Source: Octopus vulgaris (taxonomy: Eukaryota). From it: 64,000 nucleotides of DNA. The position numbers were made by a program, and so were the translations under genes. Location of the stretch: the NCBI GenBank assembly GCA_951406725.2, contig OX597818.1, positions 58,280,001 to 58,344,000 of the forward strand, in the 5' to 3' direction. Below are positions 39,523-53,849 of the stretch, piece by piece (the first letter of the stretch is position 1; every line of letters starts with the position of its first letter). Below the pieces are notes generated by a model. It had not been told where the DNA came from. It was given only the letters and a program-made list of their open reading frames with translations, and ran no database searches.

Positions 39523-41328
39523 AATAAGGAAGAACGCATTTTGAACATAATATATAAAAGAAGGGTTTCCAACATCTTACATTGCCATAAGTGATGGTTA
39601 AGGAAAATTGTGATAACATAAATAGAGGACCGCAATTCTAACTCCTCAATTCTCATGAACAGATTCAAAAAGATATTATTTGGGCCATGTGGCATACGTT
39701 AGAAATCTGCATCAATGTCTTACATTAACGCCTTCGTAAATTATACACATACAATCGGATGAAAGTTGGAGCGAAAAATAACAATGATTAGTATGTGACA
39801 TTATCGACACGTAAGGTTAGCGAAAGTTACATTGTTATATGCAGAGAAATGTCAAGAAATAAAAACAGAACATGTAAACCAAATAATGATAGATGTTTAC
39901 CAGAATAACGAACAGAGAACTTTCATGGAAAATAACGACTTTGAGAACGCATAAATCACAAGCAACCATAAAACCTGTAGAACAGTGTAAAAATAAACGT
40001 AAATAATCGAAACCTTAGAAGAGCTGCATAATATAGTGTAACAGAATCGGATGAGAAATACGAGAAATTAGAAAAATAAAAACGAACATTTGACAATGCA
40101 CATATCTAAATATAGAATTTAAAAAATAGATATTGATAATCTAACGACTAAAATAGTAACAGAATTTAAGAAGGAATAAATCCTTCGGTGTAGGAAGGAA
40201 GGCACATGCCGAAGGTAAATAACAAAAAGAAAAATGAAGGAACCACAATATGATATACTGCAAAAATCACCAGAAGCAACCAGGTAGAAACCAAAGTCTA
40301 GGATGTCTATCAATATCTCAAGACCAGACTAAACAAGGTAATATATACAGAGATTACTGCAACTGCAAAGGAAATAGTTTGCTCCAACAGATTCTTCAAA
40401 TACAATTTCCGAAACTCAAACAAATGTGATTCATATAAAAAGTTTAAAACATTAAGAAATCTCTTAAGAGCAAATACAATACGTAATAATGGAAGACAAC
40501 TGAAAATATTGGCTAAGTCAAAGCAAGAGACATGTATTTGGCAAACTATATATTAGTATCGGAGAACAAAGGACACCTGAGGAATGTAATCATATCTAGT
40601 GTGGTGTTACACAAGAAAGCAAGACCCATAAATACTTGTCATCGCCATTTTCAGCTTAACAGACATTGTAGACGTTTTATTATCTGTTGTTGTTATTTTC
40701 ATTTTCTTCATTATCGTCTGCTATTTCATGTTTGTTTTTTTTGATTTGCTTTTCTTCGGTGACAAAATGTTATAGGAAGTAGATGATTAAATAATACAAA
40801 AATACAATAAAAAAAAAACGATCCGGAGTTGGGAAGAGGCGTGATGACGAGAATGGAAAGCAGTTTATTCTGTGAAGGAGAATGATTGAAATAAAGGAAG
40901 AAAGACTTCTACGATTCTTGGAAAGCGAAAACAACGATAAGAAAGATGGTTTGACGACAATAAAAGAAACGAATAATAAAAAGGAACCGAGACGTAATTA
41001 AATGGACAATGTCTGTGCTGGACTCTTAAACGGGACAAAAAATAGTAAAAAATAAATAGTATTAGGAACTGAGCAAATAGCAAATCGGATCATTAAAATG
41101 TTAAACGGTTTCATACTGTGCACGGAAGTAACACCAAATACCGAAACCTATGCACCCGTAAGGTTTCGGCATTATAGAATTAGAAATTCGGATTAAAAAA
41201 ACGGAAATACATTTCAGAAGAATATCGGAGTGAATAAACTCTCTTCAAACATGTTACCAGAAGACCAAGATGCAAGCTCTTAATATATATGTATGTATAT
41301 ATATACATAGACATATATATATATACAT

Positions 41329-41395
<67 letters not shown>

Positions 41396-41412
41396 TATAC
41401 ACACACACACAA

Positions 41413-41461
<49 letters not shown>

Positions 41462-41497
41462 AACGCACATATATATATATATATATACACATACATA

Positions 41498-41850
41498 CGT
41501 GGTGCCAAGGATTCCAACATCACCATCAAAATACAGGTCCAGATACTGCAACAGCTTGGGTTTCAGAGGACCACAGCTCTTTAACATCCTCCCTAAATGC
41601 CTGAGAGACTTACATGGTGTGGATGTGGGTTTCTTTAAAACTAAACTGGATCTCTTCTTGTTGGGAGTCCCAGATGAACCTACCTCACGTCAGGAGACAC
41701 GGATGCGGGCAGCAGCATCGAACTCCCTTGTTGATCAAGTGCCACGTATCAGAGGTGGATTCACAAACTAGTGTAGCTCATTCAGCGGTGGTGCCCCAGC
41801 ATGGCCGCGGCCTTCGGGCTAAAACATTTTTAAGGATTTAAGGATTTATA
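41498..41850 (+). mobile_element. CR1-group LINE 3' fragment with (TTTAAGGA)n tail
   Basis: VVPRIP...[21 protein letters not shown]...[16 protein letters not shown]...[11 protein letters not shown], then a 3' UTR stem-loop. Confidence 0.85.
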
Positions 41851-41891
41851 CATATATATATATATATATACACACACACATATATATATAT

Positions 41892-41960
<69 letters not shown>

Positions 41961-42204
41961 CATATATATATATACATATATATACATACACATATATATA
42001 TATATATACATATATACATACATATATACATACATATATATACATATATACATACATATATACATACATATATACATACATATATACATACATATATAGT
42101 AAATCCAAAAATTCCCCAAAAGGAACAAGCACAAGAGAACACATAACGCAAGGACGCGGTGCACTTAATGTATTAGGAGACGTTTAGGGAAAGAAAGAAA
42201 AACG

Positions 42205-42240
42205 GTTTAACGTTTCGAGCAGAAACTCTTCTTCGGAAAC
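42205..42240 (-). ncRNA. Ultra-minimal hammerhead-like motif
   Basis: gttt-CCGAAGA-agag..ctc-GAAACGTTA-aac; U4 replaced by C; stem III reduced to palindrome aacgtt. Confidence 0.5.
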
Positions 42241-42347
42241 AGATGGAAGTCCAGTAGAAAGGACTTAGATGTATATCGTCTGATGACGTTTGATCAGACA
42301 GGTATGTTTAACTTTTACACTGCTCTCAAATATAAAATCTTGAGTTA

Positions 42348-42427
42348 CTGTACCGAAGAGTGAGAATGATAGAGTGGAAATGAGATTTTTTTTATTCTTC
42401 ACATCTAAATCCGAAACGCGTCTACAG
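42348..42427 (+). ncRNA. Hammerhead-like motif
   Basis: ctgta-CCGAAGA-gtgagaat...attcttcac..-GAAAC-gc-GTC-tacag; irregular base of stem II. Confidence 0.45.
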
Positions 42428-42589
42428 TTAATGAAAGCCGGTTGGATTCGTCAATTTTTTTTTTCTCTTTGCCTGCTTGGGTTGTTGAGTATTTTTGTAT
42501 GGGAGATTTTCTTATGGTAGAGAATTAGCTAGTTTTCACTGCTATTTCTAAATTTCGGTAAGTGGTGAAGCAAATGTTTTGCTGAACCC

Positions 42590-42670
<81 letters not shown>

Positions 42671-42696
42671 AAAAGCAGCAAAGATGTCCAGAGGTA

Positions 42697-42784
42697 ATGC
42701 AGTACGATCGTTTCTCGCAACTCCATTTGATTGAACAATTTAACCATTACATCAATTTAAATGCAGAGCAATCCTCAGCTGCAC
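42697..42784 (-). ncRNA. Type I hammerhead ribozyme
   Basis: gtgcag-CTGAGGA-ttgc...gcga-GAAAC-gatc-GTA-ctgcat; intact core, palindromic stem III. Confidence 0.85.
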
Positions 42785-45614
42785 AAAAACGTAGAATTTA
42801 ATTAAATTAAAACAGACGGACTAATTACTATAATTTTAGAGATTTAATCTCCAAAAAGTTAAGGTGATAGACAATGAACATACTGACTTTCCTTTCATTT
42901 AGAAGCTACTAAGGTATCAGGAAGAATGACTTTACACACACACATGTAGATATATGAATTCTCTTACCTTTTCCGTTATATTGTATTCCATTTTTGTCGT
43001 GTGACTGTTGATACGAGACATTATTTGTTCAGGCAAGATACTACATCTGAAAGACAGGAGGAAAATTGTCGATTGTAACATTGGGTTGAAGAGACACAAA
43101 TAACAGTTACATATGTCTTCTGCTTTTAAATTTATCATTGAATTATATTTTTCCCATATCATTCTTTTGACAAAAAGTGTACAATTTAGCCAAGCCCATC
43201 AGACGGAAGACTTGCTTATTACTTGGATTTCTATACACTATATAAAACATTGTGCTAATTTTGAAGACATTGAAAGCAGATAAGAATATGCACTGGTAAG
43301 GTTAAACGCAATCGTTTTTATTTTCTCTCATGGCGGACATTTCTAAATGAAGTTATTGTCCAAAAATATACTCGTTTCGAAATTTATCAAATTCATTTCA
43401 TTTGTCTAATACATGTTCTGTTTTTTTTTTTTTTGCCTCCGCTATTCTTTGATTCCTCATGGTGCGTTTATTTGGTTTTGGTGAAACTTGGACAACATGT
43501 TCATATTATACAATAACAAAAGACAATGTGTTCGCTAGAGAAAGCAGTGTGTTAAACATCCATAAATCGTTATTCCGTTGTCGCGCTGTTTCCCGTTGAA
43601 CTTCGTCTGTACATCGCTTTACAGATTTCTGTAATAACATTTTATATAAGTGCAGCTCAATTCTGCTTTTGTAATAGCCATACAAATTCGGTACTAAGAT
43701 TGCATTTCAATTTATCATTCTTTGGACCATCGACCATTCAAAACGTTCCTAAATAATCATTCAGTTGAAATAATACACACTTTAAATTAAACGAAACAAA
43801 ATCGCTTCTTCCAAAAAGTAAGCATGTATATTTATATCCATGGAAAATCGATTTCGTGCGAAAAATATTTGCATGGCCCTAAGCGCATTAGGAATTACTC
43901 TTTACATATCCATGACCTTTCAGAAACAATTTCCAACACTCCGTTTTCAATTCAATTAAATGTGCATCGTGTTATATTTATTACAGCGTCTTCACTCTTC
44001 AATGAACTATGACTAACAATAAACTGTGGCCAAACCAAGTAATTAGAATAAAAAGAACATAAACAATTCTGAAGCCAATCGTAAGTCATGCTTGCCTGTC
44101 TGCATTTTATTAATCCGTAACCGCCATTTTATTGTTAGTTGAATACCACAATGCAACACTGAACTCTCTGCTTGAAATGAAATTTTGTTTATATACTTAT
44201 TTGCTTTCGTATTTCATTTTATCAATTGCAAAAATTCAATATTTTTCTGAGCACCACAGCGGAGTGTTTCAGTTATTTGTTTTTCTTTTGTCGCCACCTA
44301 GCGTTATATCTATCTCCCAAGCTCTTACAAACTGATCTGACTAACTGAAATGCATTTTTTTCTCTTCTATGTATGTCTGTTGGCATGAATATTTGCTTTT
44401 TCTCTTATTTCCGGGAGACGAAATTGATATTTTTAACACAAAATACAACAAAACTTCAAATATTCCTATACGGTGCACAAGTTCGGCGAAATAAAAAAAG
44501 GAAATGCAAAGACACCTACATTTTACAAGTTTACAGGTCTCTCAATAGAAAACAGAAGGTAGGTACCGGAAACGATGATGGTAATTGAGGGGGAAAAAGA
44601 GACAGTAAAATATTAGCTACACGACAATACCACTACTATTTGCGTTAATATACTGGAAGCAATGAAATGGCTTTGTAAAAGGGGAGTGATTTCAGCCTCG
44701 CTTCGTACATACCAATCACAATATGCAACCATTGCTGCCAATGAATTCATCTTCCAACAACAAACCCCTTTGATACAGATTTAATCATCTACCGAAATAC
44801 GTGGCTTGCATTACCTATTCTTTTGGCGTATATTAATTTTTATTTTTCATGTTTTCCACAGCATTCTTTACCTCCTCAATGGCTTCGTGGACATAATATT
44901 CATTCAGACTTTTCACATTATTCACAACTTCAAGGTCGTCATATCATTGCTTTAGCTAAATGAATAGAAGCACACATATTATGAAAGCGAATACAGCTAT
45001 TCAATTTTCACTCACTATATCTATTTCACCAGATTCTTTTTCTATTTCTGTTAAGTATAGTATCGATTACTTCGCAATTACAAACGCCATTCCTACATTA
45101 AAAATTGTTTCTAAATGCTAGAAAAGTACATGAGTGATTACACCTTCAATGAATCGATATTACAATTTTAAATTTAGGAGTTGTTGGTGTTGTTACAATT
45201 AATATCAGCAACTTTACGAAGAATTGAAAATTCCAGTAACATCGTATATTGATGTATGCGCGAGTGTACGAGTAGGTCGTGTGCGGGCATTTGTGTTTTT
45301 GTTTATTGGTCTCCTTCTAACAAAGAGTGATATTGATGTATATTAAATACGTGTATTATGAGGGCTGAAATCTGAGAAGTAATAATATAGCTTTAAGCAT
45401 ATAGCCTCTTGTGATATTATAACCTCAATCATATAACATCTTGCGATATGTTATGGATATTTATGAAATGTTCGTAATACATCAGATGTCACTAATGTCA
45501 TCCAGAAATCATAAAAAGTCATTTCCCACTAATAACAACACTAACGGTTGCAGCTGTTTACATTTGGTTTATAAAAATAATTAATAAAATGTTATTATAT
45601 AATATGTTATTACA

Positions 45615-46020
45615 GGCGCAGGAGGGGCTGTGTGGTAAGTAGCTTGTTTACCAACCACATGGTTCCGGGTTCAGTCCCACTGCGCGGCACCTTGGGCAAG
45701 TGTCTTCTACTATAGCCACGGGCCGACCAAAGCCTGTGAGTGGAATTTAGTTAGACGGAAACTGAAAAAAGCCTGTCGTATATATGTATATATATATATG
45801 TGTATGTGTGTGTGTGTTTGTGTGTCTGTATTTGTCTCCCTAGCATTGCTTGACAACCGATGCTGGTGTGTTTACGTACCCGTCATCTAGCGGTTCGGCA
45901 AAAGAGACCGATAGAATAAGTACTGGGCTTACAAAGAATAAGTCCCGGGGTCGATTTCCTCGATTAAAGGCGGTGCTCCAGCATTGCCGCAGTCAAATGA
46001 CTGAAACAAGTAGAAGAGTA
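45615..46020 (+). mobile_element. SINE family A
   Basis: Full length. Confidence 0.9.
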
Positions 46021-46137
46021 ATACAAAGTCCGTGTGTATCAATTCATGACTCATAGCTTCATACTTTTTATATAAATGTACACTGTATTCAGATTTCTTA
46101 GCAAGTAACTCTCCGCACTATGTTTGTTAAATAGGTA

Positions 46138-46355
46138 TTTCTATTATAGACACAAGGCATGAAACGTGGGGGGGGGTTGGGGGGGGGTAGTCGATTACAT
46201 CGACCCGAGTGCAGTACTGGTACTTAATCTATCGATCACGAAAAGATGAAAGGTAAAGTCGATCCCGGCAGAATTTGAACTCAGAACGTAAGGACAGACG
46301 AAATACTGTTAAGCGCTTCGCCCGGTGCGTTACCGATTCTGCTAACTCGCCGCCT
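46138..46355 (-). mobile_element. SINE family B variant
   Basis: gaatttgaactcagaacgta...gatgaaaggtaaagtcga. Confidence 0.8.
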
Positions 46356-46403
46356 TATCCTTGTTAAATGATAATAACTGCGTACTGAGTAAACCTTGGG
46401 TGT

Positions 46404-46457
46404 AATGGAATGTTATTTTTAATGATAAAAGCAAGCGTGAATGTTTATATGCATGTA

Positions 46458-46511
<54 letters not shown>

Positions 46512-46565
46512 TACATGCATATAAACATTCACGCTTGCTTTTATCATTAAAAATAACATTCCATT
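46404..46565. repeat. Perfect palindrome centred on (TA)n
   Basis: ~57-bp unique arms exactly inverted around the TA tract. Confidence 0.92.
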
Positions 46566-46606
46566 CATTAAAAATAACATTCCATATATATATATATATA
46601 TATATA

Positions 46607-46903
46607 CTTTACTCTTTTACTCTTTTACTTGTTTCAGTCATTTGACTGCGGCCATGCTGGAGCACCACCTTTAGTCGAGCAAATCGACCCCGGGACTTAT
46701 TCTTTGTAAGCCCAGTACTTATTCTATCGGTCTCTTTTGCCGAACCGCTAAGTGACGGGGACGTAAACACACCAGCATAGGGAGACAAACACAGACCCGA
46801 GGCTATAGCAGAAGGCACTTGCCCAAGATGCCACGCAGTGGGTCTGAACCCGGAACCATGTGGTTGGTTAGCAAGCTACTTACCACACAGCCACTCCTGC
46901 GCC
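46607..46903 (-). mobile_element. SINE family A, internal deletion
   Basis: Head and tail match; middle missing. Confidence 0.88.
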
Positions 46904-47251
46904 TATATATATACATATTATTTTATTATTTTTATTATTATTGTTATTATCATTTATTCAAGGAACTGCCTGAAATTGAACTCCGAATCTTGGGGTTAGT
47001 AGCCCGCGCCATATGACCGTGAGCAATTTTACACTTGAATTTGAGAGTTCTAAACCTAATACTTTTGTATCCTTCCTTAATACTGCTTCCCATATTCTAC
47101 TCATATCTGCCCTAGGTCTGCTGAGGAGATCATTGTTCCCTAGCGTATGCGTTACTTCTTTTAGTTTTTTCTTATTTTGCAGTGGTGTTCTCTGTGTATA
47201 ATTTTAATTCCAGTTCAGTTCCAGGCAGTCCTTTAAATAAATAATGATGGT

Positions 47252-47252
47252 G

Positions 47253-47312
<60 letters not shown>
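47252..47312. repeat. (TAA)n microsatellite
   Basis: Directly visible. Confidence 0.95.
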
Positions 47313-47313
<1 letters not shown>

Positions 47314-47740
47314 CCTGATGCAGTACCAGGCAGTGGCTCTCATGGCTTCTGATCTTAACTGATTGGAAGTGTTATCATGTACATTGTTTTGTTTTGGTAT
47401 AAAATATGGGCTAGAGCAAATATTCTGCTCAGTACCACAGATTTGCTTGTCAGTTGCTTGACCTTAACCAGTTGAGCATGTCCCTTGGTGACTGTTGATA
47501 TGGGGATCTCTGATCACGAGCAGAAGTTGTGCGGAAGCATCATAGCCATGTGTTGAGAGGAATTCTTTGGGGTTTGGATAATTCACCCTCGGAAACATGG
47601 GTGTTTCGTTCATCATCCTCAAACAAACGTTATTCAGGGATCTTTTGAATGAGATGGGCTACTCGACCTGAAGAAAATTCTAACTGGGCCCCACCAGCAT
47701 GCGCTGTTTATCCTCTTGATATGAGATCACCATGTCGCGC
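47313..47740 (-). mobile_element. Probable retroelement fragment abutting (TAA)n
   Basis: Abrupt composition change at the TAA tract; resembles a common octopus repeat from memory; single copy here. Confidence 0.4.
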
Positions 47741-48397
47741 AATTAGCCCGTCTTTACGCTCTGAGTTCAAATGCCATCAAGGTCGTCTTTATCTGTCAGC
47801 CTTCTGGACATATGAAATAATTACCAGTTGAGCACCAGGTTCGACGGAATCGAATTGCACCCTCACACGAAATTTCTTGTCTTGTGCCAAAATCTGAAAG
47901 CAGTATATTTTCTGTGGAAGAATTGGGCTAAATGCCAAAATATTCAGAGATACTGAGCCTAGAATATCTTGAAGGATATCTCTATGGTGAACGAGGTCAG
48001 TTCAAAAGATTTTAGATATATTTGGCGTAGTTCAATTCTTGACTAAATTTACATATAACAAGCGTGACTGGATATCAAATGTTTGATGTGTGATATTTGA
48101 AAAGTACGTGAAAAGTACATGAACTATCATTACCAACATGGTGAGCCAATCTACTTGTAGGTCCTACTGGTTGTAGATGAGTACCATAAGAACGGTAATG
48201 CCAGCTATGATACTTCCAGTGTACTAAGATATCGGTGGGAACTTCCCATAAATTGATTGATTTAATATCCAAAAATATTGAAGCAGGATATTTGTCACAT
48301 GCCTGCCACGAGTCCAAACGAGGTCAGAAATATTTCACCAACCAAATTCATATTATTCAATTCTATTTCTTTGTTAAATTTGTAGAAAATTTCTTAG

Positions 48398-48800
48398 GCT
48401 GTGTGGTAAGTAGCTTGCTTACCAACCACTTGGTACCGGATTCAGTCCCACTGCGTGGCACCTTGGTCAAGTGTCTTCTACTATAGCCTCGGGCCGACCA
48501 AAGCCTTGTGAGTGGATTTGATAGACGGAAACTGAAAGAAGCCCGTCGTATATATGTATATATATGTGTGTGTATATGTGTGTTTGTGTGTCTGTGTTTG
48601 TCTCCCCAACATCGTTTGACAACCGATGCTGGTGTGTTTACGTCACCGTAACGTAGCGGTTCGGCAAAAGAGACCGATAGAATAAGTACTAGGCTTACAA
48701 AGAATAAGTTCTGGGGTCGATTTGCTCGACTAAAGGCGGTGCTCCAGCATGGCCACAGTCAAATGACTGAAACAAGTAAAAGAGTAAAGAGTAAAGAGAG
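48398..48800 (+). mobile_element. SINE family A
   Basis: Near full length. Confidence 0.9.
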
Positions 48801-49408
48801 TAACTGTATGTATCTGGAAAAAAGATGACAACATGGTCTGCCACTGTAGCAAATTCATACCCTACCTGTAATTTCACAGTCAGCACATTGTGATCGGTGA
48901 TTTATTTCTTAGCAGGCAGTTTCTGCTATCAACTTTCATGTTACAATTGACAACAAAGAGATATAATAACATACCACGGTAGAATGTCAATTTAGGTAAA
49001 ATTTCAGTGAATTATACGTAGGAAGTGATTGCTTTGAATAACTGTTCTTATTCATCCCACCATTTGTAACGAGAGATAAAAAAAAAAACTTAATACACGG
49101 AATGACGGGAATGCTTGGTGTAGTTATGTATGTAAACGAAATTTATTTTTTTAGCAGTGATTTTGTTTTCTGAAAATTTATACAGATTTATTTGTCTTAG
49201 ATAAATATTTTTTTTTCTTTATGCATGATTACAGATTGCGAGTATGTTGCTTCTGTGAGATTTGTTGGATATCACGAATTTGTTATTTTCAAAAGGCGTA
49301 TGTAAAAAGAAACTTGATGAAAAATATAAAACGGCGACGACACCAGTCATATTTTCAAATACATGTTATAAAGGAATGTTTTTGTCAGTGCATTAACGTA
49401 TAGATGGC

Positions 49409-49468
<60 letters not shown>

Positions 49469-49830
49469 TTAAAGACGAGTTGGGTAATTACATGAAAAGA
49501 TGTCTTGTTTCCTTCTCAATGTGTGGAGAGATAGATGAATATATAGATTTATAGCAAGAAAAGCAATCAGAAAGACGGAGAGATACAGAGAGAAAGACAA
49601 GGGGATAGCTAGCTAGCTAGAAAGAACGAAAGAGAGAAAGAAAGAAAGATAGATACATAAAGGGATCGCTTGACAGATAACTAGACAGTTAGATAGGCAG
49701 ACAGATACCCAGATAGATAAGTAAATAGGTTGATAGATTGAGAGAGATAGAGAGAATGAACTGCTAATAATGTCGCCAGAATTTGTCGAAATTCCATCTG
49801 TTGAAAAAATCTCTGCTATTTTAGATCTTA

Positions 49831-50226
49831 CTAGCAGTATCGCCCGGCGTTGCTCGGATTTGTAAGGGAAATAACTATATAAGCATTTTTAGAGAGTTAT
49901 AGCCAAAAAGTAGCAAAAAATGCATTAAAAATGGAAAAAAAATGATGGTAATTTTTTTTTAAATCGTTGACTCATCGTAGACATTTTTAGAGAGTTACTT
50001 CCCTTATATAATAACGAAAAAAATGCATTGAAATGGAAAAAAATCATGGTAACTTTTTTTCAAAATCGTAGACTCATCGTAGACGCGCGCTAATACCCAG
50101 AAGGGCTCGATATGAATCACGACTATATGATACCGGTTTTGGTTAAACTGCACCGCAAAATGTGGGAGTAGTTAGGAATCTAAATCGTAGGAGGCAGACA
50201 CACAACTTCACTTTTATATATAAAGA
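49831..50226 (-). mobile_element. Non-autonomous Helitron
   Basis: Same termini and A|T target. Confidence 0.85.
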
Positions 50227-50372
50227 TGTTTACACGAAAGGTTTTGCCATACTGTGTGCTCCAGCGTCCAATCAAATGCAGCCTAGTTTATTCGAATTAA
50301 TAGTCCTCTCAAAGGTAGCTGGCGCCGCTAATATCTTACACATACACACACCCACATATATGTGTCTGTGTG

Positions 50373-50602
50373 AGGCGGCGAGCTGGCAGAAACGTTAGCA
50401 CGCCGGGCGAAATGCGTAGTCTTATTTCGTCTACCGTTACGTTCTGAGTTCAAATTCCACCAAGGTCGACTTTGCCTTTCATCCTTTCGTGGTCGATAAA
50501 TTAAGTACCAGTTATGCACTGGGGTCGATGTAATCGATTTAATCCGTTTGTCTTTCTTGTTTGTCCCCTCTGTGTTTAGCCCCTTATGGGAAGTAAAGAA
50601 AT
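50373..50602 (+). mobile_element. SINE family B monomer
   Basis: Full length. Confidence 0.9.
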
Positions 50603-50951
50603 ATATATATATATGTGTGTGTGTCATTTATGTAGACAGCAGTTCGCAATGTTTTACCAATAACGAAAACTATAAGTGTCACTAAATGTTTAAAAGTGAC
50701 TAGGGTGTTAGTAGCTAATCACCGACGTGAGAGTCGGTTGTGGCGACGTCTGGACCGTATGCAGATTATTCCAACAATTAGAAATCCAATCTTTCAGCGG
50801 ATTCAACGTTGTGGGCGTGTATTGCCGTGCAACACTTACACTTTACGTAGCAAGAGACTTCGTCGTTTCCTGCGAATTGCCTGTTTCAGTTTGTTGGCCA
50901 ATTGTTCACTGTAACCTATACTAGGAACTGTATAGCCCTTTTCTAGGTATT

Positions 50952-51333
50952 GGAGGCGCAATGGCCCAGTGGTTAGGGCAGCGGACTCGCGGTCGTAGGA
51001 TCGCGGTTTCGATTCCCAGACCGGGCGTTGTGAGTGTTTATCGAGCGAAAACACCTAAAGCTCCACGAGGCTCCGGCAGGGGATGGAGGTGATCCCTGCT
51101 GTACTCTTTCACCACAACTTTCTCTCACTCTTACTTACTGTTTCTGTTGTACCTGTATTTCAAGGGGCCGGCCTTATCACTCTCTGTGTCACGCTGAATA
51201 TCCCCGAGAACTACGTTAAGGGTGCACGTGTCTGTGGAGTGCTCAGCCACTTACACGTTAATTTCACGAGCAGGCTGTTCCGTTGATTCGGATCGACCGG
51301 AACCCTCATCGACGTAACCGACGGAGTGCTTCC
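50952..51333 (+). mobile_element. SINE family C, full length
   Basis: tRNA-Arg-like head, body and (CCAT)n tail. Confidence 0.88.
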
Positions 51334-51555
51334 ATCCATCCATTGTTTCAATGTAGACATTTTCGTTTCCCCTAAAATGTGATTACAAAGAGTTATTCAG
51401 TTGAATGTTGAATGTTAAATTTCTTTTACGCTGATCATTCCAGGTCTCTACACTCAATGCTCTGACTTTTAGATTCTGTCTCAGATTTAATTTCCTCTGA
51501 GTAGTCTCTCTAAACATAACTTCATTTTATCGTAGTCGGAATCGAGTAATCCTTA

Positions 51556-51952
51556 GAGTGGCTGTGTGGTAAGTAGCTTGCTTACCAACCACATGATTCC
51601 GGGTTCAGTCCCACTGCGTGGCACCTTGGGCGAGTGTCTTTTACTATAGCCTCGGGCCAACCAAAGCCTTGTGAGTGGATTTGGTAGAGAGAAACTGTAA
51701 GAAGCTCGTCTCACACACACATATATATATATGTATGTGTGTGTATATGTTTGTGTGTTTGTCACCCAACATCGCTTGACAACCGATGGTGGTGTGTTTT
51801 CGTCTCCGTAACTTAGCGGTTCGGCAAAAGATACCGATACAATAAGTACTAGGCTTGCAAAGAATAAATGCTGAGGTCGATTGGGTCGACTAAAGGCGGT
51901 GTTCCAGCAAGGACGCAGTCAAATGACTGAAAAAAGTAAAAGAGTAAAAGAG
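51556..51952 (+). mobile_element. SINE family A
   Basis: Near full length. Confidence 0.88.
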
Positions 51953-53252
51953 ATCGCAACACAATTGTGCTTATGGTTTCGGAAAGCTTTCTTCGCACCC
52001 AACACAAAAAGTACGTCACAGAACGGTGACCTGTCCGTTCGCAAGATCCATCACCGGAGCTTCTTGAATCGTCCCGTTACTAATATAGGCTGATGGAAAT
52101 CCTGCTCACTGTTCGGGTTTGAATCTTGAAGAGGTACTTTTAAACTTGTCATTATACCCTTACAGATTTCTACACGACTAAGCACTGTCTTTTTAATTTA
52201 TTAAAATCCTACGAGAATTTTCAGACCCTTACAGAATTTGAGACCTGTGAAATCAGTTACTGATATCTATTCTTCCTTGGTACACACGGCCATCGGAGTG
52301 GACATGTTTACACATGGGAAAAATCTTGGAGCGATCAAGGTCAAACCTCGCTTACATAACTACAAGAAAACCGCCTCTTTTTGCGCGTAAGAGCTGACAA
52401 CAAAGAAGGTTTTGGGGTAAGTGCAGTTAATATTGAAATTACCCGTGTGTACATACACGCGTACCTGCACAAAAACGCACACACACACACTCACACATTA
52501 CACACATACATTTCTTTTCGCATTGGTTTATACAACTGGAAATGTTGCAGTGTCTTCCTGTTGGAAAGACAATAAGAAATCGAAGATGTTTACAGGTTTA
52601 TTGGTTAAACGTTGTTTTCCTTATTCTTCTGCATCTCTGATAAAATATGAATGATGTATTATAAAATGGCATTGTTTTTGTTTTCCATTATTTAATCAGA
52701 AGTACTGCATTTAATGTGTAGATGTCGCCTGGTAACTTTCATCATGTTTTATACAACATATGATTATTGCCAAGCAGAATTTAAAGAAAAAATAAAACGG
52801 CTTGACAAACGAATCTATTTAAAAGAAAATATCGAAACAATAGTGGTTTTCTATATCAATATATCCATTTATGTTAGAGTCTTCGAGTGCAAAGCAAATA
52901 TTTATGTGTTTGCTTCTTGAAAATGCCATATTTTCTATTGACATAAATGTGGTTTGGGTTATATAAATGAAAGAAAAAGAAAAAAGATGACGTACGTACT
53001 GTGGGTGTCTGTGTGTGTACGTGTCCATCGATGTAATAACAGCACAAGATTACGTAAAGGTTCGGGAGGACCCATACATATACATAAATGTGTGAATTCT
53101 GAGGATGTGGGTCCATTCTGCTGTCTAAAATATTCCAGTAGAATTCCACTGAGTGAACCTGTGGTTGAATACTTACAACTGGAACTGAAAATGCTTAATG
53201 CTTTTATCATTTGTTCGGTCCCTCGCGCGGATTTATGTCTAGAAATATATAT

Positions 53253-53849
53253 GTATTTCATTACTGCCCACAAGGGGCTAAACAGAGAGGGGACAAACAA
53301 GGACAGACAAAGGGATTAAGTCGATTACATCGACCCCAGTGCACAACTGGTACTTTATTTATCGACCCCGAAATGATGAAAGGCAAAGTCAACCTCGTCG
53401 AAATTTGAGCTCAGAACGTAACGGCAGACGAAATACCTATTTCTTTACTACCTACAAGGGGCTAAACACAGAGGGGACAAACAAGTACAGACAAACGGAT
53501 TAAGTCAATTATATCGACCCCAGTGTGTAACTGATGCTTAATTTATCGACCCCGAAAGGATGAAAAGCAAAGTCAACCTCGGCGGAATTTGAACTCAGAA
53601 CGTAACGACAGACGAAATACCTATTTCTTTACTACCCACATGGGGCTAAACACAGAGGGGACAAACAAGGACAGACAGACGGATTAAGTCAATTATATCG
53701 ACCCCAGTGCGTAACTGGCGCTTAATTAATCGACCCCGAAATGATGAAAGGCAAAGTCAACCTCGGCGGAATTTGAACTCAGAACGTAACGGCAGACGAA
53801 ATACCGCTAAGCATTTCGCCCGGCGCGCTAACCTTTCTGCCAGCTCGCC
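53253..53849 (-). mobile_element. SINE family B tandem trimer
   Basis: Three units with the same junction as 12255-12856. Confidence 0.88.

Noticed and set aside
40150-40480. Possible LINE C-terminal zinc-knuckle relic (GTCRR...ILQKSP)
   Set aside because: Too degenerate to support by eye.
41140-41260. Hairpin ccgaaacct...aggtttcgg and a ttgaaga-gagt..actc motif
   Set aside because: Hammerhead core too degenerate, with no stem I or III.
42277-42302. Isolated CTGANGA cores (also 16871-, 18722-, 31445+, 47121+)
   Set aside because: No correctly placed GAAA/NUH with pairing stems I and II.
47070-47250. Possible R4/Dong-like 3' end (TASHILL) before (TAA)n
   Set aside because: Only a short peptide resemblance; insufficient evidence.
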